Source: the human T2T-CHM13v2.0 reference genome, Homo sapiens
DNA: 64,000 bases
Reading direction: 5' to 3' (one strand)
Assembly: GCF_009914755.1 (NCBI RefSeq)
Contig: NC_060927.1
Part shown: positions 53,156 to 64,000 of the stretch, in pieces
Position numbering within the stretch: position 1 is the first letter of the stretch
Layout: every line of letters starts with the position of its first letter
The notes under the pieces: generated by a model
The model's database searches: none
What the model saw: the letters and a program-made list of their open reading frames with translations, nothing else
Told to the model about the DNA's origin: nothing
Program-made: the position numbers and the translations under genes

Positions 53156-54034
53156 GTAAGTAGCGCAGGGACTTTCTTTCATTATTTTGTACTGTTCCAG
53201 CACTTCAGGAGTTCATTCAAACTGTATCTATTGAGTTGAGAAAAAAAGAAAAAAAAAATCACTTCCAACCTTTCAGCATTAAGAATTTTCATCTGGTTTC
53301 CAGGTTTGTTGGTGAAAGTTGCACCTGCTTCTCATTAAATAACATTACCTTGTTCCCAATTCTGCTTGCTGGAAAACACAACAGACTGAATTTGCTAAAA
53401 ATAATAGTTGACTGATTTTATCAAGTTATTTACCACTCACAATGGCTCTAAAACATGAGTTGATTTTATCTAGTGGAACATTAGACATAGAAATAAATAT
53501 TAGGGAATCTTTATTCCTTCTTGTAGGGACTGTCTTTTAAATATATAACAAATCAATTTACAATTCATTAATACTAAAAAAGAATATCAGCTCTTTAACT
53601 CTTAGAATATGTATGAAATCCTTGGGCTGACTACAAGGTTATATTCATTTGAGAGATCTATTCCCAAGCAACCTATAATTACCACTATAGCTGGTTTGAT
53701 AACTGACAACTTCTCCTCCTCAACATCCACCTCCACCTCCACCTCCAAATTGCAAACTACTTCAGCAAGACAGTTTTTCTATTGTGAGACACTGAATTAA
53801 CAAGAAAGGGATGTTCTCTAATTAACCACAGTGTAGAGATAATATGCAAGGCAACTTAACTGTTTTATCTTTTATTTCAAATTGAGCAAAAGATAATAAA
53901 GGACATTTCAATCTATACCACCCTCCAGGAAAGGGAAAGGATTTAAGTGAGGAACTTTTATTTTTTATTATTATTTTTTAAGTATAATTAGAATTTTTCT
54001 TTTTTTTCTTTCTTTTTATTTATTTATTTTTTTT

Positions 54035-54967
54035 AGTATTTATTGATCATTCTTGGCTGTTTCTCGGAGAGGGGGATTTGGCAGGGTCATAGGACAATAG
54101 TGGAGGGAAGGTCAGCAGATAAACATGTGAACAAGGGTTCTCTGGTTTTCCTAGGCAGAGGACCCTGCGGCCTTCCGCAGTGTTTGTGTCCCTGGGTACT
54201 TGAGATTAGGGAGTGGTGATGACTCTTAACCAGCATGCTGCCTTCAAGCATCTGTTTAACAAAGCACATCTTGCACCGCCCTTAATCCATTTAACCCTGA
54301 GTGGACACAGCACATGTTTCAGAGAGCAAGGGGTTGGGGGTAAGGTTATAGATTAACAGCATCCCAAGGCAGAAGAATTTTTCTTAGTACAGAACAAAAT
54401 GGAGTCTCCTATGTCTAATTCTTTCTACACAGACACAGTAACAATCTGATCTCTCTTTCTTTTCCCCACATTTCCCCCTTTTCTATTTGACAAAACCGCC
54501 ATCGTCATCATGGCCCGTTCTCAATGAGCTGTTGGGTACACCTCCCAGACGGGGTGGCGGCCGGGCAGAGGGGCTCCTCACTTCCCAGATGGGGCGGCTG
54601 CCGAGCGGAGGGACTCCTCACTTCTCAGATGGGGCGGCCGGGCAGAGGCGCTCCTCATATCCCAGACGGGGTGGCAGAGCAGAGGCGCTCCCCACATCTC
54701 AGACAATGGGCGGCCGGGCAAAGACGCTCCTCACTTCCTAGACGGGATGGCGGCCGGGAAGAGGCGCTCCTCACTTCCCAGACTGGGTGGCTGGGCAGAG
54801 GGGCTCCTCACATCCCAGATGATGGGCGGCCAGGCAGAGAGGCTCCTCACTTCCCAGACGGGGTGGCAGCGGGGCAGAGGCTGCAATCTCGACACTTTGG
54901 GAGGCCAAGGCAGGTGGCTGGGAGGTGGAGGTTGTAGAGAGCCGAGATCACGCCACTGCACTCCAGC
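54035..54967 (-). mobile_element. SVA body, old subfamily (SVA_A/B-like): SINE-R ~54035-54535, VNTR ~54536-54880, Alu-like 3' part ~54881-54967
   Basis: Reverse complement of the SINE-R end (agtatttattgatcattctt...), GC-rich ~37-40 bp VNTR units (ctcctcacttcccagacggggtggcggccgggcagagg), and variants 'ggttatagattaacagcatccc' and 'aaaatggagtctcctatg' that I associate with older SVAs. No CCCTCT hexamer. Confidence 0.92.
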
Positions 54968-55296
54968 CGAACAATTTCCTCATGAAGTACTGGAAAAGAC
55001 AACCTTTTTCTCCATTACTATTTGGACTTTTAGATCACGTACATAACCAGGAATTGAATAAATAATGAATGTTTTCATAAAGAGTATCCGTCTTGGAGGG
55101 AGATTCCAGTTGTAGAGATGTTTCACTTGTGCAAAATATCCAACATAGCTATTCTGAGAAGGAGTTTCTACTCCCTGAAATTTTTTGCTGTGGGTTTTAT
55201 CTGTTCGCCTTTCTCCAAAATAATACAGGCTTTCCTTTGCAGTTAAAAATATTTCAGAGGCAATAAGGAAGGCACAAACCATAGTTCCGGTTCTTC
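54968..55296 (-). pseudogene. Spliced TPTE/TPTE2-family (PTEN-like phosphatase end + C2 domain start) fragment captured 5' of the SVA
   Basis: Translates (G)[72 protein letters not shown]...[15 protein letters not shown]; intronless; lacks the catalytic HC of the HCxxGxxR loop; TGA at 54980-54982. Confidence 0.92.
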
Positions 55297-55498
55297 CTCC
55301 GGCGCGGGGCTAAGTGCAGGCCCGGGGGTCCCTAGAGCCGCCGGGGCGCGGCGCGTCCGGCGCTGGGGGACTGTTGGGTCAGAAAGTCTTCAGGGAGCAG
55401 CTGTTGCGCCCTCCCTAGGCCCGCCGCTTGGAGACGCCCCGCCCCCTGCCTTCAACGGCCGCCCGGCCCCGCCCCGCACCGCCCCGGCCCCGCCCCCT
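55297..55498 (-). promoter_or_regulatory. Retroposed CpG-rich first exon/proximal promoter fragment (TPTE-family exon 1-like) with three GC boxes
   Basis: Very GC/CpG-rich 200 bp; GGGGCGGGGC on the - strand at 55436-55445, 55466-55475 and 55487-55496; ends ...CCGGAG joined directly to the TPTE coding exon. Resemblance to the TPTE 5'UTR is from recall. Confidence 0.7.
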
Positions 55499-56762
55499 GT
55501 GAGGAACTTTTATACAGTAAGTCTGACTCTTACTGCACTGGCAGAGCTGAGAGAACTGATATCTGGCATGGGATAACATGGAAAGGCTGTAAACAGATTG
55601 CAGAAACCTGGATCCAGACACCTGGGCTGATGACTTAACGCAGGGCAACCTTAAGATTCACTGCAGGGCATTTAGTACTGCTATGCAGAGGGAAAAGGTG
55701 CTCCTGAGGCATTTATTATCTGTTTTCCAAGAGGTAGGTTAGCATAAACCAAACCAGATGGGCCCAGCATGAAGCGATGAAAATAACTCGAGACAGCCAA
55801 GGAGGTAGAAGAAAGTTAACCAACTGATGTTTAAGAAGACGTTGATAAGTTTAAATTAGTAACCAGGTATTCAAAATTGGAATTCAGTTTGGTTGTTTAT
55901 TTTCCTCTTTACTACACATATGTTTATAAGAAAAAAATGTGATATTTACTGATCTTATTCTATAGAAATGTGTACCACCTTAAATAATTGAATAGTTTAA
56001 TAGTTAAAACCACATATGAGTTAATAAATGATGCTTGTTATCTGTGCCTAGCATAATATTATCAACATGACCACAGATCTGATTAGATATCACTAATAAT
56101 TAGTAGTGGCTACTAGGTTTGAGGTTATAGAACTCAGTCTGAAATCACAAATTCTACTAAGTTGTTATGAAAATATCATATGGAATATAAAATAGAGGTA
56201 CAAACTATCTGTTCTCATTTTCTTCAATGGATGCTTTGAGAAGTCAAGGAAAGCATGACATGTTAAAATTAGTGTCAGGTCTGGGTATACCTGGAAATAT
56301 GCTTTTCTGGTGCTAATTTGAGAAATATTAATTTTCTCACGGTCCATATGCAGCACTAAGAAGACAGAAGACAAAATGTGTAAATGAAGGCAATGGGCAT
56401 AGAAGGACTAAGGAAGCAAATTGCTGCTAATATTGGGCATTTCAGCACCTCCTCTAAACTTTATTACCTTTTGTTTGTTTGTTTTTGATTTTTTTGTTTA
56501 TATGTTTTGCAAGGAGAGTCAAACAACAGTTAACGCTGGGTATTATAAGACTTTCAAAATCTAAGAAGCAACAAAACCAAATACCATCCACTCTGCCACA
56601 AATTTCACATTGGTCTTTTAATCCCTACTAGTTTGTATTCAATAAAGGCTCTCTGTGTGATTATTGCCTGTAAAACCATACCTAAGATATTCGGAACGAT
56701 AGAAAGATATATAAGAAATGACCTCCTGTCTAGAGATCTAAAATGGAAAATGGAAATTAATG

Positions 56763-56888
56763 AGCCAGCTTGGTGGCTTGTGCCTGTACTCCCAGCTACT
56801 CAGGAGGCCGAGGCAGGAGGATCACTTGAGCTCAAGAATTCAAGGCCAGCCTGGACAACATAGCAAGACTGCCATTTCTCTAAAAAAA
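56763..56888 (+). mobile_element. FLAM/FRAM Alu monomer
   Basis: cccagctactcaggaggccgaggcaggaggatcacttgag...cagcctggacaacatagcaagac followed by an A tail. Confidence 0.85.
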
Positions 56889-57724
56889 GCAGAGAAATAA
56901 ATAAATGATCAAAACAGAGGGATATTCATGGGCAGAGGCAGTCTATGACTTCTTCGGATACTCACAAATGGACATACAACCACACATTAATGTTTTCTAG
57001 CCATCCTTTCTCATCATCCTAACTGCCTGTAGGCTGTGAGCCCTCCATTCTCACCAATGAAGCTCAGCAGATACACAACCAATGACCAGATTTTGGCCTT
57101 TGATTTCCATCCTTCCCACCAGGATAGACAAGCTGATCCTATTCAGGACTATATGCAGTCAGTCCATGGAAGCCACTACATGAATACAAAAAATGGCCAT
57201 TATCCCTACTGGCCTTTCTTGTTTCTATGCCATGAAGTCAGTTCTTTACTGCTTGAGGTTTTCTGGAAAAGGGGGAGACCACAGGAATAGGGCATGAGTT
57301 CATGAAACCTAGTGCCGTAGAGTACAAAGAGTCCAGGAGGAACCTAGTGGGCTTCCTTGCTTTGGAGGGAGGCTTATGCCTCATTTTCCCCATTCCCCAA
57401 GCTAGAGCAGATGTGGAATGTTTTGGAAGCATAGTGAATGAGTGAGCTGATTAAACATTTTATAGAAATATGAGACATGTGTTTTCTGGAACCTGTCAGC
57501 TCACTTTCTAGAAATCCACCAGGTCATTCTACATTAACAGTGAGGTAAATAAATTTTTGACCCTCGTAGTCAAAGCTTTAATATGGGACAGGAAGAAAAG
57601 AGAGACTTTAAATCATTATCAAGACTGACTACTTCAGTATGTCATTTCCGGTTTTAAATGTTCACAAGATATAGACCACTGAGATACTCAAACTAAATCA
57701 ATCGTTTTGTTATTGTTGTTGCAG

Positions 57725-57850
57725 TGCGCTTCCCGGGAATTAAAACTTACATTGATCCAGATACATATGAAGACCCATCCCTAGCAGTCCATGAATTTGC
57801 AAAGGAGATTGATCCCTCAAGAATTCGTATTGAGAGAGTCATTGGGGCAG
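57725..57850 (+). CDS. EPHA6: EPHA6 juxtamembrane tyrosines and kinase domain start ((L)[41 protein letters not shown](G))
   Basis: gttgcAG acceptor, CAG|GTAAAT donor; 126 nt (phase 1 to 1); hallmark Eph motifs YIDPxTYEDP, EFAKEID and the start of the Gly-rich loop VIGAG. Confidence 0.98.
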
Positions 57851-58398
57851 GTAAATGTCAAATCTACACTTTTGAACAAAACATTCCTTAATTTCTTTGT
57901 AACTGGTTTATCAACATACTATCTTAAATCTTGGCAGTTTTGGTCATTGAAAAGTTTTAACAAGTGAGAAGTAAAGTGATCTTGTATATGTTATTTTTTT
58001 TAAGTATATTTAGTGTCCATTTGTTTCCAAACAATGACAACATTCACAAAAGTTACTTTTAACATTCTATAGTCTTTTTTTATAGTAGAGATAAATTACA
58101 ATGAAACTATAATTTTTAGGGGTTTGTCATAAGGTTATAGATTTACTTGAGCGCCAACATGTATAGACATACACTATAATTATAATAGTATTTAAAATGA
58201 TGACCATGAGCCTCTGCAAGACACAGAAAAGTTCTGAGAATCACCAAAGATAAAATTTGGTTCAATGTAGTTTTAGGTCATTTTAATGCAAATTAATATT
58301 TCTCCCTATGTAGAATTTTCCAATCTTAGAACATTTTATTATTCAACTATCCTGAATAAATACAAATTTCTTGTAAATCACCCCACAGGAATTTATGC

Positions 58399-58830
58399 TG
58401 TACATTAGTTAAGGCAGAGGCTAAGCCAATGTAACAAACAGACTCCAGAATACAGATTTATTCCTCTTTCAGATGCTTGACCCAAGGTGAATAGTCCATG
58501 CTGGCAGAGGAGCTGTCATTCAGGGGGACTTGCAAGGCCCAAGTTCCTTCTGTTCTTGGCTCTTCCTTCCCCTAGCATGCCATCCTCCTGTAAATGACCA
58601 AAGCTGGGTCACCAGTACATCTGCCTTCCTGACTGTGAGAAGGAAAAGGAAATAGTTCTGTCTCTCTGGTTTTGCTTTTAAGGCAATCACCTGAAACTTC
58701 CAAACACAGTATTCACATCTCAATGGTCCAAATAACAATAACATGGACATACTTAATTGCTAGAGAGTTTGGAAACGGAATTGCCGACAGCTGCCATGCA
58801 TGCAGCTAAAATGCATACATTTATGCAGGG
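58399..58830 (-). mobile_element. MLT1I/J-like LTR
   Basis: 'ggctaagccaatgtaacaaacagactcca', 'gtcattcaggg', 'catggacatacttaattgc'; approximate. Confidence 0.55.
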
Positions 58831-59035
58831 GGGCTGTTTTCCTAAAATAGACAAGGGATATTGGATCTTGATGGGGAACATAGGTCTCCTCTAGATGCTG
58901 GAGATTTGTTTAATCCTTTGGAAAGAGCAGAACAGATGCAAGCATGGCCATTCCAGCCAGGTGTCATGTCTTTACAAAGGCCAAAAGAAAGCAGCTGATG
59001 ATCCTCTGTTTCTTTCAAAGTCCTTTTTCCTCCAG

Positions 59036-59214
59036 AAGGACAAGCTACATAATTTGCAGGGCCCAGTATACCCTGAAATATACAGAGTCCCTTGTTAAAA
59101 ATTTATTAGTTATTTCAAGACGGTGACAACAGAGAACTAAACCAACTACAGGGCACACCTAAACTCAAGGCTGTACGTGACTGCACAAGTTACATACTCA
59201 TGAAGCTAATCCTG
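59036..59214. mobile_element. MER91-like hAT DNA transposon
   Basis: 'ctacataatttgcagggcccagt', 'atttcaagacggtgaca', 'catgaagct...cctg'. Confidence 0.6.
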
Positions 59215-60197
59215 TTTCCCGGGTACACAGAGAAGTAGAACTACCTCAAGAATTCCAGGCACATTTGCAGAGAGTTCTTCCTGATTTCACTCCATTCCCT
59301 AGGTACCATAGATCACCTCATCTCCTGCATGGCTGGGTCTCCCTCTGAAAGCTGCCACAAGGGCCTTTATGTTCATAATCTTTATGTTCTCAGCCAAAGA
59401 AGCTGCCTTATCAGAAAGATTAAGGACCTGAAATGGAACCAGATTCTCTGTCTTCTTCCACTGAACAAAGAGCACATCAGCAGGCATAATTGAGAAGAGT
59501 GATTGAATTATATTCATTTAGCTTTGGAGTTTGTTTTCTTAAGACAGCAAAGGGATAGAGAAGAGAGGAGGTTGGATAATCTCCATTGCACACGATGTTT
59601 GGCTTTCTTCTTCTTGCACCTGTGAAAAACTGATATGTCTTTTTATACTGCCTTGTCCAATACTCACATAGATACAGGAGAAGCATTTTCTGTTTTAGCC
59701 CTTTGTGCTACAGCATAACAAAATGCCAGTGTCTGAAATCATAATGTTGAGAGATAAAATCAAGTATCTGAAGTATAAACAATAAGAAGAAATAAAATGT
59801 TTCTTTTATTTTTAGATATTTTTTCAAGTAAAATATAAATTGTTCTCTTAAAAAAGTATAATTGATACTGCAAAAGCAAAAAATAACTACTAAAGAGATT
59901 ATTTTAATTTCATTTTTCCACCTGCTGTCCCTGAACTCTAATAAGTCATAATGGCGTTTATCTCATTTGGCAAAGACAGATTATCTAAACCATGTAGTTA
60001 TTCCTATAGATTGGGGTCTCTTTTTAAATCTTTATTCATCTTTGATTGTTTCAGCTTTCAAACAATATGCTAAGGGTCCTTTTACTGTCCATATTCAGAA
60101 AAATAACAAAAATAAAACTGGTATGTGAGACAAAAGTATTATAACCTAACTTGCGCCCCTGGCCGTACTGCTCTGTTAATTTATTCCTTTAGATCAT

Positions 60198-60544
60198 TGT
60201 TATAGCCCTTTTTATGCTGCTCTAATAGAATGCCTCACATGGGGTAGTTTATAATGAACAGAGTTTTTAGGCTCAAGGTCCTGGCGGCTGAAGTCAAGAT
60301 TGAGGGGCCACATCTGCTGAGGGTCTTCCTGCTGCATCATAACATGGTGGAAGGCATCACATGGGTGAGGGAGAGAAAAAGGGGGCTGACCTCTCCCTTT
60401 TATGAGGCTGCTGCATTAATCCAGTCATGAGGGCTGAGCCCTCATGATCTAATTACCTCTTTAAGGTCCCACCTCTAAACACAGTTGTATTAAGGATTAA
60501 GTTTCCAGTGTGTGCACTTGAGGGGACACATTCAAACCATAGCA
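60198..60544 (-). mobile_element. MSTC/MSTD-like MaLR solo LTR
   Basis: Ends 'ggggacacattcaaaccatagca'; 5-bp TSD atcat/gtcat. Confidence 0.85.
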
Positions 60545-63194
60545 GTCATGTTTCTAAAACTTTACTTTTGTGACTGTGTGAAGTGTGAACGTATTCCATA
60601 GCAGCAGTGTGGACAAAACATTGCTCAAATTGAAGAAGAACCAGTCGTGTAACATCTGTGTACCACTGGTTACTTTCCCAATTTGTAACTATAAATATTT
60701 TCTTACATTGTTTTGTATCCTTTATTTTCTTTCCCCAGCTATTGATTGTTTCTTCTGGGACTCTATTTCTTCATCATCTTTGTCTGTTAGGTAGTCCCCT
60801 TGGAAATGTAAATTAAGTGACTTAAGTGGTAGTCTAGATGCTAGACAGAGGTGAAGTGAGGTAGAGAAGATGAGAGAGGCCAGATATCAGGTTGTGACAA
60901 TTGTCAAGTGCAGGATATTCAGGCAGAATTAAGGCATTGACAGTAGGAATGGCAAGGAGTACTTAGATTCACAGTTCATTTCTGAGGAAAAATGTACGAG
61001 ACCTCTGTCTCTTATAGATGCAAGACATGCATGCAAAGCAACAGTTAAGATTACTTTTCAGATTTCTAGTTGGAAAAGCACAATATACAATCATTAAATC
61101 TTTCTTAAATGAGTTATCAGAAATAAATGTAAAACAGCCACATTAACATTTTCACAAAAAGCATGATATCACACCTGACCTGTGACATTTCTTACCACAT
61201 TCACTGAACAATGTTTGTTAGATGGCTAATATTTACTTGTAAAAGATAATGTGCCACTTAATCATTTCATATTAAATCACTATGCTCATTAGAGATACAT
61301 GTATTCAGGCTGTCTTCCTCAATCTTTGTCCTGAGATTTTCAACTACTAACCATCAAAATACTGTGCAACTGAACCATAAAAATTTAATTTTTCTGTACA
61401 TATATTCTTAACATTCTCCTTCTTTCCCTATAAATTTCACTGGTTTTTTATAAGTTTTCTAGGGTACTTTTTTTGTGTGTGTATCACTGTTCTATTTAAT
61501 ACTGGCAGCTTATCTTTGTTCATCAATATTGGCCTGAATTTCCATGAAAATGCACATTTCCATTTAAATGAAGTGAGCAGCTCTGTTGCATAGGAGACTA
61601 TCAAGATCATCTATCTCCTTTGGCTTTTTTGCACTATAAAATGAAATTCTGTGGACAGAGGACTGTAAAACAGAAACTCCCAGGCTAAAACAGCCAGGTC
61701 AGATTAGGGGAGAATCATTATTTTATACATATCTTGCAAGATATGAGAAAACGGTAAACAATTTTAATCATGGTCTGAAAAAGTCATTGAAAGGTTGTCC
61801 CTCTTTCAGGGTACTACTAAACCTAAACCAGTATAAGAACAACTTGCCTGGCAGAGTATAATTTTGAAACATTATTCCATTGAAAAAATGATTCTTGTGT
61901 CGCTAAGCCCATAGGGCACCCTTCTTAAATTTGACCTTCCCTGTTTCCCTTGTCTCAATGGAAATACATAATATCTTCCTGTCATACATATTCTTTCCCT
62001 TTATCTATATGAAACTCATTATGGCCTCCACTATCAGCCTTCTCTTCTGGCTTAGAGTCACCAAATTTTTTCTCTTTCTAGAATAGTCCAGGAAGTTTTA
62101 ACTGTTGGTTTCTCAGCAGTTATCTGCAGGTAAAAGAATGTCAAAAGGACAACAAGAAGGATATAAAAGTGAGTGTCAAGCCTAATATTTCGATTCTGTT
62201 ATTCCGTCTTGTTTGAAATCACATTTCCCCTTGATGCTATACAAGGCCTAATGTTCACTTCATGTGCCTCTCCTAATTCCCCTGCCACCCTCAACCCAGC
62301 AGGCCTCTATTTTCTACTCTAGAATATATTATTTTTTAGTTATCTTAAAGAAACTGTATTTTTGTTTGTCTTTTACACTTGTGTTATATATTCTTGTAGC
62401 ATGACAATGACAAATGTAGGCAATATTCCAGATGTGGTTTCACAATTCTCTTTATATATATATTTTAAAACCTTGTGTTTATGGCTCATTTTCTCTATAT
62501 TTAGATGAGATGACTTCCTTAGAAATGAGATTCATTCTTGTCCATCAACTTAAAGGATTTATGGTAGAGGTCACATTCATTTTCTTGTGTATTCTTGAAA
62601 ACTTTGCATGTTGAGTAGACTGAGAATAAGATCAACAACAGATTTTGGCAAGGCCTTTGTGCTTTTACTCAATAATTTCAGAGCTTTCTAAATCAAATGA
62701 TGTAATAAAAGATCAGCTTTACCCATTCTCCATCTATATTATGATATGAATGAAAAAGCAAAGAATGAAGCAAGACAGACTCAGATATGAATCACAGCTT
62801 TGCTACTAGCTCATTCTGTAAACTTTAACAATTTAGTTATCGTTCAGAAATTTGGGTCACTCCATGTATAAAGTAGATTTATAATAACAGCTATCTTACA
62901 GGATTAATAAAAGGATTAGAAATGACTATTAGATTAAAAAATAAATACAGTTTCTACATTCAGTTTTGACTGCTGAGATGAATAACACTTATTGCCCAAC
63001 CCTCAATATACTTTGTGATATGAATATCTGCCCATGCAGAATTCAACAGTCAATGCCTTAGGTAACTGGAATAATATTTATGATTTTCAGAGTTAGTTGA
63101 AAATTAGTAATTGAAATGAAATTTTATTTTTGTTACTACATTGAGTTATATCCATGTCAACAAACTCTTTTTCTTTTTAATTAAAGAAACTCAA

Positions 63195-63526
<332 letters not shown>

Positions 63527-64000
63527 TTATATTTGTCAGGGAATGTTTATTTTTTGTTAAAAAACTCAACAAGTCTTAAGATGAGAATCAAAGGAAAAAT
63601 TATTTAAATAACGTAAAACTATTCTACAGTAGTCTATCAATTTATTCTTGGTACATCTAAGGAATTAGTAGATTTACTGTCAGGAGCAGGACTGTATATC
63701 AATTTAATAGACTTTCAATTAATTTTTGTTAATTTCATGAGTGTTTACCTGCATTTCAACACCGTACATCTTATTTGGAACCATTTAGTACACATTTTCT
63801 ATCTTATATACAGATTTCCAAAACTTGCAAGTTGCCTCATCATAGTCATTGTTTGATAAATGCTTGTTTAATAAATAAATAAAATTCTTAAACTAATTTA
63901 AAAAAATAATGAGTAAATAAATGAATGACAAAAGGATATAGAATTATTCTAAGTAATGATTTTACGTGACTATGTTTATCTGGTTGCCAACAAAAATCTT

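Larger units (their letters stand above)
53962..55498 (-). mobile_element. Composite TPTE-SVA retrotransposon insertion (whole unit between TSDs)
   Basis: Direct repeat GTGAGGAACTTTTAT at 53947-53961 and 55499-55513. Minus-strand order: GC-rich exon, TPTE-like coding exons, SVA Alu-like remnant, VNTR, SINE-R, A-rich tail. Confidence 0.93.

Noticed and set aside
53714-53747. (TCCACC)n-like run upstream of the SVA, considered as the SVA hexamer
   Set aside because: It lies outside the TSDs, at the tail end of the element, and is not CCCTCT.
54487-55046. Overlapping 76-137 aa ORFs on both strands
   Set aside because: Products of the GC-rich, stop-poor SVA VNTR and Alu-like region; repetitive peptides with no gene structure.
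59299-59686. Two overlapping minus-strand ORFs in unique-looking sequence, considered as a frameshifted pseudogene
   Set aside because: No recognisable domain, tail or TSD; a BLASTX search would be needed to revive it.

Overview
Hominid (most likely human) genomic DNA, AT-rich and CpG-depleted, not prokaryotic. The window lies inside the Eph receptor tyrosine kinase gene EPHA6 on the + strand. Four canonical GT-AG coding exons chain in compatible phase: second FN3 domain (22359-22521), transmembrane (49143-49251), juxtamembrane (53085-53155) and kinase start (57725-57850). None appears in the supplied ORF track, which is almost entirely noise. Introns hold L1, Alu, MIR, L2, MaLR/ERVL LTRs and MER DNA transposons. 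Highlights: (1) a TSD-bounded antisense chimeric retroposon at 53962-55498, made of a GC-box/CpG-rich first exon spliced to TPTE-family (PTEN-like) phosphatase/C2 exons, spliced into an old SVA, with a probable short 3' transduction; (2) a 48-nt in-frame cassette microexon (21916-21963, VYPRIAPAFWHYLRVE); (3) a 64-nt LTR-derived dual-frame exon (40210-40273) that truncates the full-length receptor but opens the frame of an ectodomain-less TM+kinase isoform; (4) a 3'UTR-only processed retrocopy (7166-7759, LAPTM4B-like); (5) several small template-switch/duplication scars. Repeat subfamily names and gene-of-origin calls come from recognition, not from a database search, and old-repeat boundaries are approximate.
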